Assembly: GCA_963706575.1 (NCBI GenBank) | Contig: CAVPNL010000001.1 | Coordinates: 64,001 to 128,000 of the forward strand | Direction: 5' to 3' | From: an uncultured delta proteobacterium | Lineage (GTDB): Bacteria; Desulfobacterota; Desulfobacteria; Desulfobacterales; JAHEIW01 | Length of the DNA stretch: 64,000 bases | Shown here: positions 36,746-46,075 of the stretch, in pieces | How the letters are laid out: the number at the start of each line of letters is the position of its first letter | Numbering within the stretch: the stretch's first letter is position 1 | Translations under genes and position numbers: made by a program | The notes under the pieces: generated by a model | Told to the model about the DNA's origin: nothing | The model's input: the letters and a program-made list of their open reading frames with translations, nothing else | Database searches by the model: none

Positions 36746-37016
36746 GTATAGAATTTGGCATTCAAAGGCAAAAAAAATCGATTTGTAAATCCAGATTAAG
36801 TATTGAATCTATTGGCTTTTGATATAGCAGTTTCTGTAAACGCACACATTGTAGAGGCTGAGGGCAATCATCGGCCTCAATTTGTCTAATATTTTTGCTT
36901 GACAAAAAATCAAATAGCTGTGATATAGCTATCAAATCATCTTTGGCGAATGAATCGTGTTCATTTTTTGAAATTTACTATTCCTAAAAGGGAATACTTC
37001 AAAGCAGGGCTGGGAA

Positions 37017-37526
37017 ATGGAAACAGAAAAACTGCTTCAAGGGAAAAGGGTGTTGATAGTTGATGACGAACCCGACATCCTTGATTCTTTGACTGATCTT
37101 TTGAGCATCTGTATGATTGATCGTGCATCTACATTTGAGGAAGCAAAAGAGCTTCTTGAAACACATAACTACGACGTTGCGGTTCTTGACATCATGGGCG
37201 TTCAGGGATTCAAACTTCTCCAGATTGCAAAAGAACAAGACATTCCTGCTCTAATGCTCACCGCCCATGCTTTAGGCGAAGAGACCTTGACGAAATCCGC
37301 AGAAGAGGGAGCTTCCTACTATGTTCCTAAGCACGAAATAGCAAATATTGATTTGTATGTCGCAGATGTTATTGAGGCCAGAGAGAAAAAGAAGAACCCG
37401 TGGGTCAGGTGGTTCGAGAGACTCGGCCCTTTTTTTGAAAAACGGACAAATTTTAGAGGTCCGAATTGGAGAGAAGATCATAAGAAATTTTGGGATGAGA
37501 AGCTCAAGCAGTTGACAGGCTATTGA
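37017..37526 (+). CDS. Response regulator receiver protein, paralog of 35786-36280
   Basis: IVDDEPD...VLDIMG...MLTA...YVPK. Confidence 0.9.
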   Translation: METEKLLQGKRVLIVDDEPDILDSLTDLLSICMIDRASTFEEAKELLETHNYDVAVLDIMGVQGFKLLQIAKEQDIPALMLTAHALGEETLTKSAEEGASYYVPKHEIANIDLYVADVIEAREKKKNPWVRWFERLGPFFEKRTNFRGPNWREDHKKFWDEKLKQLTGY

Positions 37527-37726
37527 TAATGCTGCTCATATTTCCCTTTGGGATTCATTTTAGGGAAGTGTAACAATACAACTGAACTTAATTTATAAGT
37601 CACAATTTCCTTTTACCATGGGAAAGTTAAACCGGCTTGGTGGTGAAAACGGAAAATTTGTCACCGGTACTGACTTCGGCAGAGGCAATTTCAGCAGCTC
37701 TAAACCATACAAAAGGAGGAAAAATA

Positions 37727-38848
37727 ATGAAGAAAGCATCCCTAATCGTGTTAGCCGTAGTGCTAGCTGTGAGCATGGTTGTTCTGGCCTGGTCTGCGCC
37801 AGCTAGTGCTCGCGAGAAGGTTCAGCTCGATTTCGCTACTTTCTGGCCGGCTGGCGACTTCCAGGCCGGAATCGGGTTCAAGACTTGGATGAAGACCATA
37901 GGGGACCGTGTTAAGGCCGAGACCGACTATGAGATCGAGTGGACCGAGTTCTACGGCGTGCATCCAGCGAAGCTATTGGATGGTATTGAGGCCGGAACTT
38001 ACGATGTCGGGACAAGCGGTCCGGGTTATAGTCCTGGCGTTTTTCCCTTGTGGGCTGGTCCCCAGTACCCAGGCGAAGCTTACAGAAAGAACGCTTACAC
38101 GATGTCGTTGACCATACAGGCACTTCATGAACAGATGCCCGAGCTGCAGGCACAATTCGACCGCACAAAAATGAAGCTGATGCATTTCTGGTCCACTGGG
38201 CCGGGCTACTTCCTTATGACTCCAGATAAAAACGTTCGAACGCTGGCTGACTTTTCAGGTAAGACCATCAGAGCGGCCAACCCCGCATCCGTGGCTTGTA
38301 TTGAAGCTTTGGGAGCAAAACCTCTTTTCGCCCCCATGAGTGTGGCGCTCGAGCGGTTTGAGGCCAAACTGATCGATGGCATCCTCTGTCCCACTGACAC
38401 GCCCAAGGGCTTCGGTCTGGGTTCATATGTGCGGCATGTTACCTTCGCTCCATTCAGCTACCACTTCGTGTTCTTCAAGGTAATGAACAAGGATGCCTAT
38501 GATCGCTTGCCGGCAAAGGTGAAAACTATCTTTGATGAGGTCAACGCTGCCTATCCTGCATACTACGGCCAGTTGAGAACATGGGGTGAGGCAGATGGGC
38601 TAGAGTACATGAAAGGTCTTGAGGGCTACACCTACTATGATGTGCGCGCAGAGAATCCGGCTGAATATGCTAAATGGGTTGGCGCAACAGCTGGTCTCAT
38701 CGACAAGTGGATCGGCGGTGACGCCAAGAAGAAGGCAGTGTGGAACAAGTTCCTCGAACTGGATAAGTACTATAGCACGACGCCCCCGTATTCTACCTGG
38801 ACACACAGCTGGCCAACTCCGCCGGTGCCACCCTCTGGGAAAAAGTAG
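37727..38848 (+). CDS. dctP: TRAP transporter substrate-binding protein (DctP family)
   Basis: Signal peptide ending ASA, GTYDVG, DFSGKTIR; upstream of dctQM. Confidence 0.85.
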   Translation: MKKASLIVLAVVLAVSMVVLAWSAPASAREKVQLDFATFWPAGDFQAGIGFKTWMKTIGDRVKAETDYEIEWTEFYGVHPAKLLDGIEAGTYDVGTSGPGYSPGVFPLWAGPQYPGEAYRKNAYTMSLTIQALHEQMPELQAQFDRTKMKLMHFWSTGPGYFLMTPDKNVRTLADFSGKTIRAANPASVACIEALGAKPLFAPMSVALERFEAKLIDGILCPTDTPKGFGLGSYVRHVTFAPFSYHFVFFKVMNKDAYDRLPAKVKTIFDEVNAAYPAYYGQLRTWGEADGLEYMKGLEGYTYYDVRAENPAEYAKWVGATAGLIDKWIGGDAKKKAVWNKFLELDKYYSTTPPYSTWTHSWPTPPVPPSGKK

Positions 38849-38899
38849 GATGATCAACGTGGATTTGGCGTGATGTCGGTCAGAGTACGGTAAGGAGGT

Positions 38900-38940
38900 T
38901 GGGGTACCCCGGGGAGAAACCCGTGGTACCCCAGCTGTTT
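38900..38940 (+). terminator. Stem-loop between dctP and dctQ (mRNA stabiliser or partial terminator)
   Basis: TGGGGTACC...GGTACCCCA inverted repeat followed by GCTGTTT. Confidence 0.5.
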
Positions 38941-38990
38941 TGAGGGAAAACCTGACTGGTTGCTTAGGACAAAAGACACAGGAGGGCCGG

Positions 38991-39482
38991 ATGAATACTT
39001 TCGAAAAAGTGCTGGGGTTTGTCGCAGAGAAGATGGCCTGGATTGCCATGTTCGCCATTGTGGCGTGTATGGCCCTTGTGGTAACGGATGTGATTAGGTA
39101 TCAAGCTGTCCATAAGCCGCTTCCCGGTACTCACGAGGTTGTGGAGCTGATAGCCTCCGTGATCCTGAGCATGGGAATCGGCTACCTTACGTTTGTGAGA
39201 GGACATGTGGCGGTGGGTATCCTGGTGGACAGCTTTCGGCCCCGAGTGCAGGCCGTCTTTGACCTCGTGACCGGTGTGATTTCTCTTGGCTTTACAATCT
39301 GGCTCACCGAGGGAACGCTCGAAATGGCCATTCGAAATTTCAGATACGGATGGGTGACGGGAGTTTTGGCAATTCCCAGGGCTCCTTTTATGTTTTTGAT
39401 TGCCGTGTCACTGGCACTCGCATGCGTGGTTCTTGTCAGGGACGTGATCAAGTCGGTGATGGTGATCCGAAAAGGAGGTTGA
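38991..39482 (+). CDS. dctQ: TRAP transporter small permease
   Basis: Four TM segments, DVIRY...PLPGTHEVV...GHVAV. Confidence 0.9.
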   Translation: MNTFEKVLGFVAEKMAWIAMFAIVACMALVVTDVIRYQAVHKPLPGTHEVVELIASVILSMGIGYLTFVRGHVAVGILVDSFRPRVQAVFDLVTGVISLGFTIWLTEGTLEMAIRNFRYGWVTGVLAIPRAPFMFLIAVSLALACVVLVRDVIKSVMVIRKGG

Positions 39483-39483
39483 G

Positions 39484-40788
39484 ATGGAGCGAGAGCTGAT
39501 AGGAGTCCTATCCGTGATTGTCATGGTTGTGCTTCTTCTTGCCCGCATGCCTGTGGCTTTCGTGATGCTGGTGCTGGGCATGGCCGGTATTGGTTTGATT
39601 AAGGGTACGGCGGCCGCGTTGGGTGCTGCGTCCTCGATTATGTACGGGACATTTGCCAGCTATGCTCTGGTGGTTGTTCCCCTTTTCACCTGGATGGGCT
39701 ACATCGGCTACCACTCCGGCATCAGCGAGCACCTGTACGACGCCGCATACAAACTGGTGGGCCGGCTCAAGGGTGGCCTGGCCATGGCTACCACCATAGC
39801 CTGCGCCGCTTTCGGCGCCATCTGCGGTTCTACGACGGCTACTTCAGCGACCTTCGCGGCCCTGGCATTACCCGAGATGAAGAAACGGGGTTACAATCAC
39901 TCTCTGGCCACAGCCAATGTCGCGGCCTCGGGCATCCTGGGAGTGCTGATTCCGCCCAGCGTCATCTTCATCGTCTATGCCAGTATCACGGCAGAGAGCG
40001 TGGCTAAGCTTTTCATTGCCGGTATCTTTCCCGGCCTGCTTCTGGGAGTTCTTTTCTTGGGTGCCACTTACGTGGTGGTAGCCCTCGATCCGAAAAAGGC
40101 ACCGCCCGGTCCGTATTTTCCCTGGAAACAAAGGATCATTGCGTTGGCTAAAGGAGGGATAGAGGTCATCATCATCTTTGTGGCTGTGATTGGAGGGCTG
40201 CTGGCCGGGTTCTTCACAGGCACCGAGGCCGGATCGGTGGGCTGTTTTGCCACGCTGCTGGTGGTGCTGGCCAGGCGGGTCCTCACCTGGCAGGGCTTTG
40301 TAAACTCGCTGAAAGACACCGTCCGCACATCGACCATGGTCATGTTCCTGGTAGGTGCGGCAGCCGTCTACGGGGAGTTTCTTGGTCTGACACGCCTTCC
40401 CATGCTTGTGGCGGACTGGGTGGTGGCGCTTCCTCTGCCGCCCTGGCTTATCATCATTGCCGTTCTTCTCATCCTCATGACAATGGGCTGCTTTGTCGAC
40501 GCCCTGGCTATGGTTTTGCTGACCATACCCATTTTTTACCCGGCGGCATTGAAGCTGGGCTTCGACGGGACATGGTTCGGGGTTATCATGACGCTGGCCC
40601 TGGGGATGGGCGTGCTGACACCCCCTGTGGGCGCCAATGTCTATGTCGTGTACGCCGTGGACAAGGAAACACCGGTCATGGATATTTTCAGGGGGGTATG
40701 GCCTTACCTGATCGGCCTGTGGATTTGCTGTCTCATCCTGCTGGTTTTCCCCCAGGTTGCCCTTTACCTGCCCAGTTTTATTAAATAG
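39484..40788 (+). CDS. dctM: TRAP transporter large permease
   Basis: FGAICGS, LPEMKKRGY, LIPPS, TPPVG. Confidence 0.95.
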   Translation: MERELIGVLSVIVMVVLLLARMPVAFVMLVLGMAGIGLIKGTAAALGAASSIMYGTFASYALVVVPLFTWMGYIGYHSGISEHLYDAAYKLVGRLKGGLAMATTIACAAFGAICGSTTATSATFAALALPEMKKRGYNHSLATANVAASGILGVLIPPSVIFIVYASITAESVAKLFIAGIFPGLLLGVLFLGATYVVVALDPKKAPPGPYFPWKQRIIALAKGGIEVIIIFVAVIGGLLAGFFTGTEAGSVGCFATLLVVLARRVLTWQGFVNSLKDTVRTSTMVMFLVGAAAVYGEFLGLTRLPMLVADWVVALPLPPWLIIIAVLLILMTMGCFVDALAMVLLTIPIFYPAALKLGFDGTWFGVIMTLALGMGVLTPPVGANVYVVYAVDKETPVMDIFRGVWPYLIGLWICCLILLVFPQVALYLPSFIK

Positions 40789-40894
40789 GGCCTGGGGACG
40801 GACCCTGTTTTTGGAGAGCTGAGATTTTCCCTCTCGCCCAAAAAGGGAGACCCCTTCCGGACTTTGATATTTTTTGAAGAAGGAGAAACGGTCG

Positions 40895-41038
40895 ATGGCT
40901 GTGCCTCGTGGTCCTCTGGACCGGGCGCTGCGCTACCGCTGGGTTATTTTCTGGATACTGGCTTGCGGCTATGTGCTGGTCTATTTTCACCGGCTTTGTG
41001 CGGCGGTGCTGGCGGTGGACATGATGCGCATGGCTTAA
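40895..41038 (+). pseudogene. Truncated MFS transporter (N-terminal 47 codons)
   Basis: AGGAG SD then MAVPRGPLDRALRYRWVIFWILACGYVLVYFHRLCAAVLAVDMMRMA*, typical MFS TM1; stops at the IS remnant. Confidence 0.7.
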
Positions 41039-41411
41039 CCGAACTTCATCCTCAGAAAAATTATATTGTGTAATATCAGAATGATAGCCGCATAGAAACC
41101 TCGATTTTGACACTACGGATTTTAGAATTCCTATAGGACCGTCTTCACTATTCTCCCAGGTTGATACGATGATTTAGTGCGTCATATATTGCCTGGTGTG
41201 ATGGTTCAGCCTTGGACGATTTTCGGATATGGACAGCTTTATTGTCTTTTCGCTTCATGTTAGTTGTAAGCCGTACCTGTGTTGATTGCTGTTTGCGAAT
41301 TGTCGTCCAGCAAAAATGAATGCCTTGTCGTCGAAGCTTATAGCGAATCGTATGCAAGAGATGGTAGGCAATAGTGGTTATAAAAAGATGACCATCTCAG
41401 CGCCTCTCTTT
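41039..41411 (-). mobile_element. IS1634-family transposase remnant (C-terminus and right flank)
   Basis: KERR*DGHLFITTIAYHLLHTIRYKLRRQGIHFCWTTIR...HIRKSSKAEPSHQAIYDAL, frameshifted tail QPGRIVKTVL*. Confidence 0.75.
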
Positions 41412-41413
41412 CG

Positions 41414-41524
41414 CTCAGGATTGAAAACTTCAGCGTATATCACGACGCGATTCCGGCACTTAAAGGCGTATCGATCGAAGTACCCAAAGGCGAAATCGTC
41501 TTGTTTAGCGACTTTCTTTCTTGA
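41414..41524 (+). pseudogene. LivF-like ABC ATPase N-terminal fragment
   Basis: LRIENFSVYHDAIPALKGVSIEVPKGEIVLF then a stop before Walker A. Confidence 0.6.
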
Positions 41525-41582
41525 CACACCCGGCGCCTTCCTTTATATTCCACTACTTATACCTAAAGGGTATACTGTATAC
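41521..41582 (+). promoter_or_regulatory. Sigma70 promoter with downstream operator-like palindromes for acd-etfBA
   Basis: TTGACA-17-TATATT; TATACC-N5-GGTATA and GTATAC-T-GTATAC. Confidence 0.6.
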
Positions 41583-41627
41583 GAAATTATCATTTTGCCA
41601 AAATAAAATCAGTTTTAGGAGGAAAAA

Positions 41628-42791
41628 ATGGAATTTAGTTTGCCCGAAGAACTCGAGATTCTGAGAAATATGGTGCACGATTTTGCAGAAGAGAAAATTG
41701 CGCCTTTTGCCGATGAATGGGATGAAAAGCATTATTTCCCTTACGAGGAAGCCGTCAAGCCAATGGGCGAGCTGGGCTTATTCGGCACGGTTATCTCTGA
41801 GGCCTATGGTGGATCCGAGATGGGCTGGCTGGCGGCCATGATTATTACCGAAGAAATCGCCCGGGCATCGAGTTCACTCAGGGTCCAGATCAATATGCAG
41901 ACCCTTGGGTGTGCCTATACCATCGAAAAATACGGCAGCGAGGAATTATCAAAAAAATATATTCCCAAACTGGTCAGCGCCGAATATATGGGCGGATTTG
42001 CCATGACCGAACCGGACGCGGGCTCTGATGTCATGGCCATAAAATCGCGGGCCGAAGATAAGGGCGATCACTGGCTTCTAAACGGATCCAAGACCTGGAT
42101 CTCCAATGCCGACGTGGCCGATATCATCATTTATTATGCTTACACCGATCGTGATGCGGCTTCAAAGGGCTTATCGGCTTTTGTCGTTGAGCTTAAAAAT
42201 TTCAACGACGTGCGGACCACGGCTCTGGACAAATTAGGATCCCGATCTTCACCTACAGGAGAAATCTATCTGACCGATACCAAAGTGCCCAAGGAAAACA
42301 TTCTCGGCAAACCCGGTGATGGTGCCAAAATTCTTTTTGGCTCCTTGAATCAAACCCGGCTTTCGGCTGCCGCCGGGGCTGTGGGGGTGGCTCAGGCCTG
42401 CCTGGATGAAGCCGTCAAGTATGCAACCGAGCGCAAGCAATTCGGTAAAGCGATCGGTGAATTCCAGATGAACCAGGATCTCATTGCCCAGATGTCGGCT
42501 GAAATTGAAGCCGCCCGACTGCTGGTTTACAAGGCCGGCTGGGCAAAAGATCAGGGAAGATTAAACAACGGTCTGGATGTGGCCCAGGCAAAATATTTTG
42601 CGGGTGAGGTGGTGACCAAATGTGCCAATTATGCCATGCGGATTCTCGGTGCTTACGGCTATTCCACCGAATATTCCGTGGCGCGCTATTTCCGTGATGC
42701 CCCGACCTATACCATGGTGGAAGGATCTGCCAATATCTGCAAATGGATTATTGCGTTGGATCAGTTGGGCATTCGCAAAGCAAATAGGTAG
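41628..42791 (+). CDS. acd: Glutaryl-CoA dehydrogenase, non-decarboxylating type (acyl-CoA dehydrogenase family)
   Basis: FPYEEAVKPMGELG, SSSLRVQINM, NNGLDVA, MVEGSANICK, LDQLGIRKANR closely match my recollection of Desulfococcus multivorans Acd. Confidence 0.88.
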   Translation: MEFSLPEELEILRNMVHDFAEEKIAPFADEWDEKHYFPYEEAVKPMGELGLFGTVISEAYGGSEMGWLAAMIITEEIARASSSLRVQINMQTLGCAYTIEKYGSEELSKKYIPKLVSAEYMGGFAMTEPDAGSDVMAIKSRAEDKGDHWLLNGSKTWISNADVADIIIYYAYTDRDAASKGLSAFVVELKNFNDVRTTALDKLGSRSSPTGEIYLTDTKVPKENILGKPGDGAKILFGSLNQTRLSAAAGAVGVAQACLDEAVKYATERKQFGKAIGEFQMNQDLIAQMSAEIEAARLLVYKAGWAKDQGRLNNGLDVAQAKYFAGEVVTKCANYAMRILGAYGYSTEYSVARYFRDAPTYTMVEGSANICKWIIALDQLGIRKANR

Positions 42792-42861
42792 GCTGTTATA
42801 TTCGGTCAATTTAAATTGATTTTTTTCTATTCGGGCGGGAGCTGCCTGCTTTAAACAACAA

Positions 42862-42968
42862 GTGAGCTAAAATGTCTAAAATGAGCTAAAATGCCTAAAA
42901 TTGGAGATAAGGATGGTTTTCTCCTTAATTTTAGGCATTTTAGGCACTTTTAACTTTAGGCATTGTGC
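42862..42968. repeat. Inverted array of 9-10-mers (GCCTAAAAT / ATTTTAGGC)
   Basis: About four units per arm around a GGAGA...TCTCC inner stem. Confidence 0.85.
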
Positions 42969-43038
42969 ACGGTTTTCTCCAGCCTTGACAAATTTACTTA
43001 TTTTAAAAAGAATTAAAGTTGTATGAAAGGAGAAGAAG

Positions 43039-43827
43039 ATGGACATCGTTGTTTTGGTGAAACAGGTGCCGGATACCGAATCACTGGTTCAGATTGCAGA
43101 AGATGGGGTTTCCATTAAAACGCAGGATATCAAATGGACCATGAACCCCTATGATGAACTGGCGGTGGAAGAGGCACTGCAAATCAAAGAAGCTCAGGGG
43201 GGTACGGTAACCATCCTTACCCTGGGACCGGATAAAGCCATTGAGGCGATCCGGACCGCACTTGCCATGGGCGCTGACCAGGGCGTGCATATCAATGATC
43301 CGGCCGCCCAAGGCAGCGATTCCCTGGCCACTGCAAAATTGTTGGCAGCTGCTTTAAAGGACATCCCTTATGATTTGATCATTGCCGGGCATCGGGCTGT
43401 GGATGAGGACAATTATCAGGTGGCCTCGGCCGTCGCTGAATTGCTGGGTATTCCCCAGGTTTCAATGGTCAATAAAGCCGAAATCACTGAAGGCAAGATC
43501 ACCTGCCATCGAACGATTGAAGGTGGTACCGTTGTCGTGGAAGCTTCACTGCCGGCGGTGTTTACCACCCAGCGCGGGCTCAATGAGCCGCGTTACGCAT
43601 CTTTGCCGGGCATCATGAAAGCCAAGAAAAAGCCTGTTGATGTTAAATCAGTCGCCGATCTGGGTGTTGATGCCGCCATGGTGGGCGCAGCCAACCGCAA
43701 AGTCAAGATAAAGGCGCTTAATCTGCCACCTGTAAGGCAGGCGGTCAAAATGATTGAAGGCGAAGCCGCTGCAGATAAAGCAGCAGCGCTGGTAAAAATT
43801 TTACATGAAGAAACAAAAATTATTTAG
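43039..43827 (+). CDS. etfB: Electron transfer flavoprotein beta subunit
   Basis: VKQVPDT, NPYDELAVEEA, NEPRYASLPGIMKAKKK. Confidence 0.97.
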   Translation: MDIVVLVKQVPDTESLVQIAEDGVSIKTQDIKWTMNPYDELAVEEALQIKEAQGGTVTILTLGPDKAIEAIRTALAMGADQGVHINDPAAQGSDSLATAKLLAAALKDIPYDLIIAGHRAVDEDNYQVASAVAELLGIPQVSMVNKAEITEGKITCHRTIEGGTVVVEASLPAVFTTQRGLNEPRYASLPGIMKAKKKPVDVKSVADLGVDAAMVGAANRKVKIKALNLPPVRQAVKMIEGEAAADKAAALVKILHEETKII

Positions 43828-43839
43828 GGGAGAGCAAAA

Positions 43840-44805
43840 ATGGCACAGGGTGTATTTGCAATAACAGAACAAAGAGACGGGGAACTTCGAAAAGTGAGCC
43901 TTGAAGTCGTGAGCGAGGGCCGACGGGTGGCCGACGGTTTAGGAACTGATTTAACGGCGGTGGTGCTGGGCAGCGGTATCGAAGGCCTTGCGGAAGAACT
44001 TAAAAAATATGGTCCCGATAAAATATGGGTGGCCGACGATCCGGCGCTGGCTGACTATACCACCGATGCTTACACCAATATACTGTCTGGCTTAATTCAG
44101 TCCGCTGATCCGGCAGTTATTATTCTCGGCGCCTCCGCCCAGGGCAAAGATCTATCCGGGCGATTGGCCGCCCGGCTGGACGCCGGTGTAGCCATGGATT
44201 GCACCGCGATAAAATTGGATAACGGCAGTTTAACTTATACCCGACCGATGTTTGGCGGAAAAATTGTTGCAGATGTCGAAATCGCAGGCACGCTTCAAAT
44301 CGTTGCTATTCGACCCAATGTAATGGATATTACCGCAGCAGCCAAAGACAGCGCGATTGAAAAGTCGGCGGTTGAGGTCGGGGAGGTCAAGACCGCAGTG
44401 ATCGAAAAGACCATGGAGACCGGTGATAAAGTTGAACTCACCGAGGCCGATATCATTGTCTCCGGCGGGCGCGGTACCGGTGGCGATTATGCCGCAATTG
44501 AAGCGCTGGCCGCTGAACTGGGTGCCGCGGTCGGCGCCTCCAGATCGGCTGTGGATGAGGGCTGGCGGCCGCACAGCGATCAGGTCGGCCAGACCGGAAA
44601 GACCGTATCGCCGACGCTGTATGTTGCCTGCGGCATTTCCGGTGCGATTCAGCATCTTGCCGGCATGTCGACTTCCAAATATATTGTCGCGATTAACAAA
44701 GATGAGGAAGCACCCATTTTTTCAAAGGCTGATTTCGGTATTGCCGGCGATCTGTTTGATCTGGTTCCCGCGCTTACCGAAGAAGTTAAGAAAGTAAAAG
44801 GATAG
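43840..44805 (+). CDS. etfA: Electron transfer flavoprotein alpha subunit
   Basis: IVSGGRG, QVGQTGK, GISGAIQHLAGM. Confidence 0.97.
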   Translation: MAQGVFAITEQRDGELRKVSLEVVSEGRRVADGLGTDLTAVVLGSGIEGLAEELKKYGPDKIWVADDPALADYTTDAYTNILSGLIQSADPAVIILGASAQGKDLSGRLAARLDAGVAMDCTAIKLDNGSLTYTRPMFGGKIVADVEIAGTLQIVAIRPNVMDITAAAKDSAIEKSAVEVGEVKTAVIEKTMETGDKVELTEADIIVSGGRGTGGDYAAIEALAAELGAAVGASRSAVDEGWRPHSDQVGQTGKTVSPTLYVACGISGAIQHLAGMSTSKYIVAINKDEEAPIFSKADFGIAGDLFDLVPALTEEVKKVKG

Positions 44806-44914
44806 ACGCCGATTTCCCGATCGGCTAACAAACGAAATCGGTTCCAGATGTATGTATTTCGGATCAGCCCTGCCATCGGCGGGGCTGATTGTTTTTGAAA
44901 GAAAGGAGAGACCA

Positions 44915-45307
44915 TTGGATCAGGAAATCGTTGAAAAAACAAAGAAAACGGCCGGACTTTATTTTAAAGATGTTCAAGGTGAAAGGCCATATGATCTCTG
45001 GCGTTCTTTTGACAGGAACCTGGCCAAAGACCTATCGCTTTTTATTACCGGTCAGATGTATGCACGCGAAAAAATTCCGCATCAGACCCGGCAGTTGATC
45101 ACCGTGGCGGCGCTTACCGTGCTCTCCCGGCTGGATGAACTCCGGCTGCACATTCATGCCGCGCTGAACGTGGGGTGTACCCCGCAGGAAATTGCCGAGG
45201 TCATTTTTCAAACGGCTGTTTATGGCGGTATGCCGGCCACTAATCAGGCTTTAAAGACCTTAAGGTCGGTTCTTGAGGAAAAAGGGGAATGGCCGCTGAA
45301 CGATTAG
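44915..45307 (+). CDS. Carboxymuconolactone decarboxylase (CMD/AhpD-like) family protein
   Basis: TRQLITVAAL...ELRLHIHAALNVG...EIAEVIFQTAVYGGMP; TTG start after AGGAG. Confidence 0.85.
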   Translation: MDQEIVEKTKKTAGLYFKDVQGERPYDLWRSFDRNLAKDLSLFITGQMYAREKIPHQTRQLITVAALTVLSRLDELRLHIHAALNVGCTPQEIAEVIFQTAVYGGMPATNQALKTLRSVLEEKGEWPLND

Positions 45308-45615
45308 GAATACGATCATTTAAATACGAATGCCCGATAATTGACACTTAATGACTTAATGAAAAATGTGATTATTTTGGATTTGATAGCTATCCATATC
45401 GCAGCAACACACATTGCGCATCGGTTTTACTTTTGTCGGGAACCCGCTTGCCGTAAATTGGGGCAGTCGGTTGGCAATGGAATGTATTCAATGGCAGGCA
45501 CTTTCTTGCTTGACACGCGAACCCTATTTTTTTTATCTATCTGGCATAACGTCATTTTTTATCGTTCCTCGAGATAGAAATCGACTAAATCAGATTTTAC
45601 CACAGGGAGGCTTAA

Positions 45616-46074
45616 ATGAGTTTAAAATTAAAACAGATCGTCGTATCGATTGAAAACGCTCCCGGCAGGCTGCACGAAGTTACCGAGGCGCTTGGTAACG
45701 CCGGGATTAATCTGCGCGCACTCAACCTGGTTGATACCGGCGCTTTTGGGCAGCTGAGGTTGCTTGTTTCTGATGTGGCGACTGCCCGCAAGATTCTTAT
45801 GGAAATGCAGATTCCGGCTTATGTTAATGAAGTCGTGGCTGCCGAAATCGAGGACAAACCTGGCAGCCTGGCAGAGTTGCTCAAACCGCTGACGCAAGCA
45901 GGTGTAACAGTCATATTTATGTATGCCTTTATCACCTTTGCAAAGGGAAATGCCATTATGATCTTTCGCTTCAGCGATAATGATAAGGCCATAGAGGTTT
46001 TAAGGACCAATGGCACTCATTTGCTGGACTCAGAAGCATTCGGGATCCTATCAACCGAAAGTAATAATTTTTGA
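45616..46074 (+). CDS. Tandem ACT-domain protein
   Basis: KQIVVSIENAPGRL...AGINLRAL...EDKPGSL. Confidence 0.88.
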   Translation: MSLKLKQIVVSIENAPGRLHEVTEALGNAGINLRALNLVDTGAFGQLRLLVSDVATARKILMEMQIPAYVNEVVAAEIEDKPGSLAELLKPLTQAGVTVIFMYAFITFAKGNAIMIFRFSDNDKAIEVLRTNGTHLLDSEAFGILSTESNNF

Positions 46075-46075
46075 A

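Noticed and set aside
45308..45615. Riboswitch, sRNA or sigma54 promoter upstream of the ACT gene
   Set aside because: No recognisable aptamer; GG-to-GC spacing is 9 rather than 10; the short ORFs lack support.
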